From assembly GCF_009914755.1 (NCBI RefSeq), contig NC_060929.1: a DNA stretch of 64,000 nt; one strand, given 5' to 3'. The stretch's first letter is position 1, and each line of letters begins with the position of its first letter. The translations under genes and the position numbers were made by a program. A model generated the notes under the pieces. It did not search any database, was not told where the DNA came from, and saw nothing but the letters and a program-made list of their open reading frames with translations. The DNA comes from the human T2T-CHM13v2.0 reference genome, Homo sapiens. Of this stretch, positions 54,959-64,000 are shown in pieces.

Positions 54959-56455
54959 CTATCTAATCAGGGTGATATCTCCTTACTGGTGCTATAACTG
55001 AACCTTCAGTAAGCCATTCTACCATTCTTTTGGGCTAGCTGCTTCTGGATGATAGAGGATGTAATTATAGCAATGAATTTTATGAGCATAGGATCATTGC
55101 TGTACTTCTTTTGCTGTGAACTAAGTTCTTTGATCAGGAGCAACGTTTTGCAGAATACCATCATGGTGAATATAGCATTCTGCACACCATATACGATGAT
55201 GCTGGTAGAAGTATTAAAGTGAGGGAGGGCAAATCCATAACCCAGAATATGTGTTTAGTTGAGTAAGGACAAATTGCTGCCCCTCCTGGAAGGAGTCCAC
55301 CATGATCCAGCTGCCATCAGATATTTGGCTGTGATCTTCAGGGAATAGTGCCACACTGAGGACTCAGCATTGGTCTCTGCTTTTGGTAGGTTAGGTACTC
55401 AACAGTGATGGTAGCCAGATTAGCTACTAGTTTTAAGCTCATGCATCGCCTTCATGCTTTCATCATGGTAGCCTGCATCCTGTGTACATGGGCTTATCAA
55501 GGAAACACTGATGTCTGGGGGAAAAGACTGACTGATATCCACAGAATACACCAGCTTGTTCACCTGACTGGTAGAGCCTCCTTTGCAGTGGATGCCCTTG
55601 GGTGAGTGTTCACAGGGAACACAACTATCTTTACACTCTGTGCCCACTTTGAGATATCCTTATACTTGTTCACCATACTTCCTGTTACTCACATTCCAAT
55701 CTTGTTCTTTCTGAGTCCTTGAAACCTAGGACACCACTCACCTCTGCCTATGAACCAACATCGATTGTATTATTGGCCATCTCTCAGCTCAGACAACATG
55801 GACAACCAAATGTCCTGCTTGAAGTTCTGCTCGCTAGGATTTCCATTCTACCCTATTTCTAGCATCTTTCAGGGACACTCCTGATGGGTGTCATAATGCT
55901 TCAGCAGTCCACTGTTGTGCAGAATAACGTATACACAAGACCTAAGATTTTTTCTCCTCAGTCATCTAGCTGGGAAGAGCTCCCTACTAGGCCATAGGTT
56001 TGGATTGTAGGAGAAGATGCCACACAGTAAGAGTAAGTGTAAGGCTCTGAACCGCCTGTTTATGTAGTTACTTGTAATTCTAGACCTGCTCATGTCCAAG
56101 TTCTTAAATACCATTTTTACTTGATAATGAATCACTGCTGTGCATGCTCAAACTTACAGTTGTGTGGGTCAGATATGCTCAGGTCATGATTGGCAGCTCA
56201 GGGGTCATTCAGTGTCCTAGGGTGATGCAGGGCCCAGTAGCCAGGGCCCAGTAAAGAATCATGAGCTGTGTCTCAAAAGAAGAATAGCTGCCTGCAGAAG
56301 CAGCATGGATTTTCTCTAAAACCCTGGAGGCCTGCGCTGTGGTTTTATCTATGATTACTCTGTACAGCATCACTACTTACCATAGATACTTTAAGTATCA
56401 TTGTCTATTAGGGTTCTCCAGAGAAACTGAACCAATCGCATGTAGATATAGATAC

Positions 56456-57107
56456 TGTTCCATGGTAAGCAGGTTTATGCAAACCTATCCTCAAAGGCCA
56501 AGGAAGCTAAGAGGCTGAGGAAAGAGGCTGACAAATCCAGTTTCTCAGAAAGGAACATATAATAGGGACTTAAGAACAGAGGCCATGCTCCTGGAAGCCA
56601 TGAGACAAGATGGTGGATCCTATACCATTACTCACCAGACCCAGAGCTTACATACCTCAGGGAAAGGGTATGTATGCTTCAGAAGGGATGTGTAGAACAA
56701 TTGCTTAAGGTCAGGATTTATGGTAAGTACTATAACATTAAAGTTGTTTTGATCTAAGGGCAGGGCTTACAGTAAGTACATGCTCTCATGCAAGGAACAG
56801 TAGATAAAACAGACTTTTTTTTTTACTATACTTTAAGTGTTAGGGTACATGTGCACAACGTGCAGGTTAGTTACATATGTATACATGTGCCATGTTGGTG
56901 TGCTGCACCCAGTAACTCGTCATTTAACATTAGGTATATCTCCAAATGCTATCCCTCCCCCCTCCCCCCTCCCCCCACCCCAAAACAGGCCCTGGTGTGT
57001 GATGTTCCCCTTCCAAAACAGGCATTTTAAAGGCATTCCTGGAACGAGTTAGACAGCAGTGAACACGGTGGGTTAGCATCTAAGAGGGAGTGGCTGTAGC
57101 CTCCACA
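56456..57107 (-). mobile_element. ERV1 (MER4-group) LTR inserted in an MLT2 fragment (from ~56405)
   Basis: aaaggccaaggaagctaagaggctgaggaaagaggctgacaaatccagtttctcagaaag; ends cctccaca; flanks read as MLT2 (tattagggttctccagagaaac). Confidence 0.65.
56815..57014 (-). mobile_element. 5'-truncated young L1PA 3' end (~200 bp)
   Basis: ttttttactatactttaagtgttagggtacatgtgcacaacgtgcaggttagttacatatgtatacatgtgccatg is the hallmark L1PA 3' UTR; TSD-like aaaacagac/aaaacaggc. Confidence 0.92.
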
Positions 57108-60004
57108 GATGTATAGCTATATAGAAAGATATCTATTTAAATTTTGTTGACTTTTGGTGATGTCAGCCCTGTAAATATAGGATACAAGTTTCTTTTAGGA
57201 CCACCACAGAAACTCTCTGGTTCTCTGACTGTGACTTGAGCTGAATTTAAAGACCTGAGCTTGTTACTTTTCCTTTTATAAGTATTGCAGGGCATTCTGA
57301 AGTGGCCATCTCCATCCCACAGAACTTGCAGTTCATCATTATTGTCATAGTGATTAAGTGTAGCAGCCAGTTGGTCCCCAAGGCATTTGCTCCAATAGGC
57401 AATTTTTCACAACCTACTACAGGTGCTATTTTTATTAGTTTTGATGCCACTTCATGCCATGATCTACTAATATCCCATGTTTCATTGATGAGGACTCAGC
57501 ATTGTATTTGAGGCCAAGAATATGACCAAATCAATTCCAGAATCCCATCTTCACAGGTATGTTTCCTAACCCCACTGTGAATACGACATATCAGTCAGAA
57601 TCACTTAGGGAAACAGAAACTATACCAGTTATTTTAATAGAGAGAATTTGGTATAGGAAATTAGTTTAACAGATACTGGAGGATTGAAAAGGCAAAAAAT
57701 AAACACTAAGAACACTTAGACTTAGTGAAAGCAGGCTGGGGGAACAAAAGGAAGAGGTTGGGCTTATATTAGAAATCAGAAGCTTGGATAAGGGCCCTTG
57801 TGGAGCTGGGATGCAGCTCTCTGAGTAGAAAATGTCCTTCAGCTAATGCTGGCATCTCAGGAGCTTGGACAAAGAACAGTGGCTGGTGTCGGTTTCCCTG
57901 AAGGGGCACAGTGAGGCTGATTGGAGGGCAGGAGGAGGGTTCTGGAAACTGGAACTGTTACTGCCAGGAAGAAGAACTGTTGTTGGAGTGACACTGACAG
58001 TAACAGCAAGCAAAATAGAAACTGCTAAGTGCCTTCTCCTTTCTCCCACCTTGAAGTCTCCCTGTAGCACCCCCTATTGGCAAAGCCTAACTGGAGCAGC
58101 CTGGGAAAGGAAAAGTGTGCTTTGAGAGTCTGAGACAAAGAGAAGTTTAGAAAGGTGGGTTTGGAGCTGAGTCACCATAGCTTAATAATCAGCATAGTTT
58201 TCTTGACTGTAACCTGGTTGTTAAAAGAATGAAATTATGTCACCTATATTAAATGTATAGAATTACACCTGGTACATAGTAAGTATTCAATAAATGTTTC
58301 CCCTTCACTCATCAATTGAGATGATCGTGTGTTGTTTTTTCCCCTTCATTCTGTGAATATACTGCATCACATAGATTGATTTTTGTACGTTGAACCAGCC
58401 TTGCCTTCCACTTGGTCATGGCATATAGTCCTTTGAATATGCTATTGAATTCAGTTGGTTAGCTTTAAAAAAAAATTGCTATTTACCATCTAGACAGAGG
58501 TGGGGCTTTTGGAAGAAGCAGCTGAGTCAAACGGACCTTGAAAATGTAATTGGAGAACTTTCTGATCTTTCTGCTCTGAAAGCAGTTCCAGTTTGCATTC
58601 ATGAGCTGTCTAAAGGAGGGTGATCTGTTTCCTCTACTCTCTCAGGCTTCCCAGTTATTCTTAGTGGATATAGCTAAAGGCAAATGGAAAACATAAATTG
58701 AGTGATTTAGAAGACAGTTTTGAGATCCTAGCTTTTTTCTAAATGTCAGGGATTGTTTTGACTGTTAACTTAGGAGTTAAGAACCTGAAAATAATGGCAG
58801 GCTAACTTACCAGAAATTTATAGTTAAAGAGAAAATCTGGCTTTCCTGGATCTCTGATCTAGCTCAGTGGGAAAAAGGGCAGCCTGTTCCTATAGCAACT
58901 CCACTCCAGCCTTGCTGCTCCAAGGCACATCCAGGAAGATACCTCAGGGGTCACCTGCTTGCTTTTCCATCTGTTTGGCAGTGAAGTAGGAGATTACAAG
59001 CCTTGTCCTGTAGCAGGGAGAGGCATTTTCATGGGGAAAAATGTCCTTTGGTCTCCTAGAAGCATTTAAGGTTAACCTGGGGTTGGGTTTCCTAAGATTT
59101 CTTGATGATGAATCACCTGAGGTCCTTCCCTTGGATATTTGGTTCTGTTGGTCTGAAATGGGAGCTCACATTTTGTCCTTTAAAAAAGTGGCCCATGTGA
59201 TTTCTTTGTCAAGGGAAGTTTAGGAAGCCCTGCCTTAGGGCAAGACGGCAGCCCTCTCAATTCTGCAAAAGGAGCTAATATAATATTTAATTACTGCAGA
59301 GAGCATCGGCTTGAATAAAATCTGTCTAGGAAGGAAAGAAGGCTACAGTTATTAATCAGTGGAGGAAGAAACTCATGGGGCTGTTTGGAAGTTTTGCAGT
59401 CATGAATGACAGATAATGTTATTGAAAATTAAACTGTCTTCTCTACATCAACTTGGGTTTGGTTGCAAAACATAGTAGGTTCCAAAACACAGCTGGTTGT
59501 TTCACCTTGAAGACCAGGAACTGTGTGGCCACCATGGAGGGAGGGTCCGAAGCATGTGTCCTAGTGAGCCAGGTCATATCTGATGCTTATTCAACCACTG
59601 GCAGTGATGCAGTGCATAAAAAGGTTTCCTATGACGTTGTTCCTCTCCCAAAGCTGGAATTACTCCCCAAACGCAGAAAGCAAAAGGCATGTGGGGCTGG
59701 CCAGAAAAGAACAGGATCTCAGGGCTTTGTGAGAACTGTTATTAAAGTTTAAGTATCATCACAGCTAGGGGTTCTTGAAGTAGATAGGAATACACACGCA
59801 GTCAAGAAATAGGTGTCTGTCTATTCCTAATGAGCTGAACCACTAGGTAAATCAGGTTAGACTCCTGTGCATGTGTGGATATATCAAGGGCCCCATTCAC
59901 TGCTGGAGACCCTTGAGGGAGCTCTGCCATTTCTACAAAGTTGGGTAGGACAAAAACAGGGTCTTATGGCAGCGTCTTAAATTGCTATAGAAGAGTACCT
60001 CCTG

Positions 60005-60292
60005 GGGCCAAGGCAGGAGGAGCACTTGAGTCCAGGAGTTTTGAGACCAGCCTGGTCAACATAATGAGACCCTATCTCTACAAAAAATTTTAAAAATTGG
60101 CTGAGCATTGTGATGTGTGCCTGTAGTCCTGGCTACTGGAGAGGATGAGGTGGGAGGATCGCTTGACCCAGGAGGTTGAGGCTGCAGTGAGCTATCATTG
60201 TGCCACTGCATTCCAGCTGGGTGACAGAGTGAGACCCACACCCTAAAAAAACAAAACAAAACAAAAAAAAGAAAAGAAAAGAAAAAGAAAGA
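60005..60292 (+). mobile_element. 5'-truncated Alu (AluJ-like) just upstream of the TMEM174 promoter
   Basis: Alu consensus from ggggccaaggcagg; A-rich tail. Confidence 0.88.
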
Positions 60293-60299
60293 GAAAGAT

Positions 60300-60540
60300 G
60301 GGCTCAATAAGTTAATTTTTGAATGTGTGAATGAATGAATGTGAATTAGAGAGACAGCTTGTCATTGACTTGCAAAACAGAGACCTCCACTTGTTGACAA
60401 TACATGAGAAAACTTCAGGCTTCATTTCTCAGACCTTTATTCTTCTAAACAAGGTCCAGCCCTCTGTGTGTTACACCCTGTTAAGCACAAGCCCTAAGTT
60501 CTTCTATAACTAATTTGGACCTGTGATTCCTTGGTTCTCA
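60300..60540 (+). promoter_or_regulatory. TMEM174: TMEM174 proximal promoter (non-CpG)
   Basis: HNF1-like GTTAATTTTTGAA 60311-60323, HNF4-like CAAGGTCCA 60450-60458, TATA-like TATAAC 60505-60510, 80 nt upstream of the ATG. Confidence 0.55.
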
Positions 60541-60584
60541 CAATCCTCTCCACTCTAAGAAGCAGGGTGAGCCCACAAGGAGCA

Positions 60585-61210
60585 ATGGAGCAGGGCAGCG
60601 GCCGCTTGGAGGACTTCCCTGTCAATGTGTTCTCCGTCACTCCTTACACACCCAGCACCGCTGACATCCAGGTGTCCGATGATGACAAGGCGGGGGCCAC
60701 CTTGCTCTTCTCAGGCATCTTTCTGGGACTGGTGGGGATCACATTCACTGTCATGGGCTGGATCAAATACCAAGGTGTCTCCCACTTTGAATGGACCCAG
60801 CTCCTTGGGCCCGTCCTGCTGTCAGTTGGGGTGACATTCATCCTGATTGCTGTGTGCAAGTTCAAAATGCTCTCCTGCCAGTTGTGCAAAGAAAGTGAGG
60901 AAAGGGTCCCGGACTCGGAACAGACACCAGGAGGACCATCATTTGTTTTCACTGGCATCAACCAACCCATCACCTTCCATGGGGCCACTGTGGTGCAGTA
61001 CATCCCTCCTCCTTATGGTTCTCCAGAGCCTATGGGGATAAATACCAGCTACCTGCAGTCTGTGGTGAGCCCCTGCGGCCTCATAACCTCTGGAGGGGCA
61101 GCAGCCGCCATGTCAAGTCCTCCTCAATACTACACCATCTACCCTCAAGATAACTCTGCATTTGTGGTTGATGAGGGCTGCCTTTCTTTCACGGACGGTG
61201 GAAATCACAG
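60585..61210 (+). CDS. TMEM174: TMEM174 exon 1 coding part (residues 1-208, two predicted TM helices)
   Basis: Strong Kozak gcaATGG; MEQGSGRLEDFPVNVFSVTPYTPS... recognised as TMEM174; donor CAG|GTATGG at 61210/61211 (phase 2). Confidence 0.96.
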
Positions 61211-61400
61211 GTATGGCGTGTCTACTGGGGGAATGCACTCCTTCTAGCCATCTCCGTCATGATCTGTGGCTGTTTGGTCCATGAATAAGGTGTTGGGAGA
61301 CTGTGAATCTCTTCTTAGCCTGTTGCCCACGATGGCAGCCTTGGTTCTGTGAATGGTGCTTTGGACCATAATGTACCTGTGTTTTCTGCTCACATTTCAG

Positions 61401-61506
61401 GCCCAATCCTGATGTTGACCAGCTAGAAGAGACACAGCTGGAAGAGGAGGCCTGTGCCTGCTTCTCTCCTCCCCCTTATGAAGAAATATACTCTCTCCCT
61501 CGCTAG
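61401..61506 (+). CDS. TMEM174: TMEM174 exon 2 coding part to stop TAG; spliced CDS 732 nt = 243 aa
   Basis: Acceptor ctcacatttcag| at 61400; encodes (R)PNPDVDQLEETQLEEEACACFSPPPYEEIYSLPR*. Confidence 0.95.
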
Positions 61507-62088
61507 AGGCTATTCTGATATAATAACACAATGCTCAGCTCAGGGAGCAAGTGTTTCCGTCATTGTTACCTGACAACCGTGGTGTTCTATGTTGTAACCT
61601 TCAGAAGTTACAGCAGCGCCCAGGCAGCCTGACAGAGATCATTCAAGGGGGGAAAGGGGAAGTGGGAGGTGCAATTTCTCAGATTGGTAAAAATTAGGCT
61701 GGGCTGGGGAAATTCTCCTCCGGAACAGTTTCAAATTCCCTCGGGTAAGAAATCTCCTGTATAAGGTTCAGGAGCAGGAATTTCACTTTTTCATCCACCA
61801 CCCTCCCCCTTCTCTGTAGGAAGGCATTGGTGGCTCAATTTTAACCCCAGCAGCCAATGGAAAAATCACGACTTCTGAGACTTTGGGAGTTTCCACAGAG
61901 GTGAGAGTCGGGTGGGAAGGAAGCAGGGAAGAGAAAGCAGGCCCAGCTGGAGATTTCCTGGTGGCTGTCCTTGGCCCCAAAGCAGACTCACTAATCCCAA
62001 ACAACTCAGCTGCCATCTGGCCTCTCTGAGGACTCTGGGTACCTTAAAGACTATAAAACAAAACAAAACAAAAACATCAAACCAATGA

Positions 62089-62511
62089 AATAAAATAAAT
62101 CATGTCTCCTGCTAGAATAGTATTGGATACCTGACTAAATTACACAAAATAGACCATAATAGGATAGCACTGTGAATACATCCTTCCCGATCACTGAGTC
62201 ACAGTGACCCTTGGCTGCTGCAGTTCTCGTCTGCAAGGTTGAAGCTTGACGTGTGATGAACATGGGTGGGCTCTTGGTCCACCCCAGGCTGGGGCCTGCG
62301 CCAAGCATGAACTAGCTGGGACCAGTGGCTGACAGAACACAGGACTTCCCTAAGTACCCGTAGGTCCGTGGAGCAAGACAGAGCAGAGTTGCCATGTCAA
62401 CACATGGGGAATGATATGATAGAAACAATCTTTATGACTAAAAGAAACTCATCTTCTTCATTAAAAAAACTTTGGTGTCCTTAATCTCTCTGAATTTGGC
62501 TGTGTAATAAA
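62089..62511 (+). terminator. TMEM174: Candidate TMEM174 polyadenylation signals (AATAAA 62089 and 62094; ATTAAA 62460; AATAAA 62506)
   Basis: Hexamers seen directly in the 3' UTR region; which are used cannot be determined from sequence. Confidence 0.6.
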
Positions 62512-64000
62512 CAACTGGAACTGACTCACAGACTTTAGAAGAGACAGTTTAAAACCATTAGGTTTTAAAAGAAAATATTTGCTTTGGGCTTCAAAGGCAA
62601 TGCCACTCAAGGTAAGGGTGGTACATCCTAAAGGAAGACACAGGATTAAGCAATTCTTAAAAAAATTTTGACATAGCGTTTGTATATGGAGCAACTTTTA
62701 CTAATTTTGATCAGAAGTATCTAGGTTTCCAAGGATATGAGTGAAGTAAGCTTGGTATATTATTGTTGTCATTTATGTTATATCTTGGGGACAAAACCTT
62801 TTCACATACACTGTCATGTTTGATGATAGGTGATAAGTGAAAATGATTTCATTTAAAGAAACTAGCTTTATGTTCAGCAGATCCCTGAGACACTGGTCCC
62901 TAGCTGAGGGCCATTGGTTTTGGAGAAGAAGTTTGGTGACAAGGACCAGGCTGAGCATCACCAGTGGCATGCTGACCAGCAGATGACATTTTGGGCCCCT
63001 CATGCCACCCTTGCCTTGAGTGCTTCTCTGACTGTCTCTCCCCAGCCCCCTGCCATTTTCACCCACCCCATAATTTTATGTTCATAAATTTGGGCTACAA
63101 TGAACATCAAAAGTAGCTCAAAAAAGAAAATGTTATTAGGAAAAGGGCATCCCCACATACAGCTGGGTAGGGCAGAGCAGCCAGTTTGTCTTGGAGATGC
63201 CTAGAGTCAGATATGCAGGGAGGTGGCCTGGAGGGTTGGGATGGTTATTTTCTGGCACCAACAATTCCTGTTCCAAGACAGAGGGAAAAGTGCTAATGTA
63301 GAGGTCATTTATGCTTCCAAAGAGAGTGCTTCAGGGCTAATGGCTTCAAGAGCTCGAGGTAGGAGTAGGATCTGCAGCAGTCAGGGATCAGAAAACAGGA
63401 ATTTGTTCATTAGTGCAATATTTATTTATTGAGCATCTACTCTGTGTCGGTCTGGGTCCATCAGGTGGAAATATAACTTAAAAATGTCACCAAGAAGAGA
63501 GCATACATGGTTCTGCCCTTGCAGAGCCTCTAGTCTAGTAGTCTAGTGGGGGAGAAAGATACGGATTCATTATCTGTATTAATCATCTATTAATTATTCT
63601 CTGACACCACTGAGAAGTCCTGTAGCCCTAAGAGGGATTTGGACTCATTAAAGGGTCATGAGGCTTGCTTCGGAAGTGAGGTCAGGGTCATTGCCTTGCA
63701 TAATCCCAGAAAGCACTGTTCACAGGGTGTCTGTGGACCTGTGGAGACTGTGCTAGGAGCTAAAGGAACAGTGGCTGTCTCCTAGACAAAGAGGAGAGGG
63801 CAGGAGGGAGGGGCCTGGCAGAGCCCCATGTGGGAGGCAGTGTTATGAGGCATTCAGCAGGTTGTGTAAACCTTTTTATTTTTCTGCTGCTGCAACCCTC
63901 AAACAGAGGTGCCTTCCAGTAACCAAGAAATTACACCCACCGATTTTCTTGCTTTGAGACAACCACTCATGCTCTCTATTTCTTTATTTGGGAATTTCAG

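Larger units (their letters stand above)
52928..58196 (-). mobile_element. Decayed ERVL-class provirus with both LTRs (LTR40/LTR41-like; 52928-53487 and ~57588-58196)
   Basis: Two homologous direct-repeat LTRs; polypurine tract ccaaaggggtaga on the minus strand (53488-53500) abuts the 3' LTR; pol remnant QVNKLVYSVDISQSFPP (cf. HERV-L QVDRMTHSVDTSQPLSP) near 55500-55600. Confidence 0.75.

Noticed and set aside
60531-60584. 18-aa N-terminal extension of TMEM174
   Set aside because: TTG start at about the TSS; the ATG at 60585 has a strong Kozak context

Overview
Primate (very likely human) genomic DNA. I recognise it from the encoded proteins as the TMEM171-TMEM174 locus (chr5q13, from memory). 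Both genes are on the + strand. TMEM171 has a CpG-island promoter, a non-coding exon 1 ending at 8029, and coding exons 10707-11346, 15726-15867 and 18875-19067 (324 aa; a NAGNAG acceptor gives a 323 aa form). TMEM174 has coding exons 60585-61210 and 61401-61506 (243 aa). The rest is mostly interspersed repeats: Alu, L1, L2, MIR, MaLR/ERV1/ERVL LTRs, hAT DNA transposons, and a decayed two-LTR ERVL provirus at ~52.9-58.2 kb with nested insertions. The most interesting signal is that the two proteins look like diverged tandem paralogues. They share a G-rich/GP transmembrane hairpin (doubled in TMEM171), three colinear PPxY motifs with matching flanks, and a phase-2 intron between motifs 2 and 3. 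This suggests a pair of NEDD4-family ubiquitin-ligase adaptors. Several sequence features could yield isoforms lacking PPxY motifs. Repeat subfamily names are from recall of consensus sequences and need RepeatMasker confirmation.
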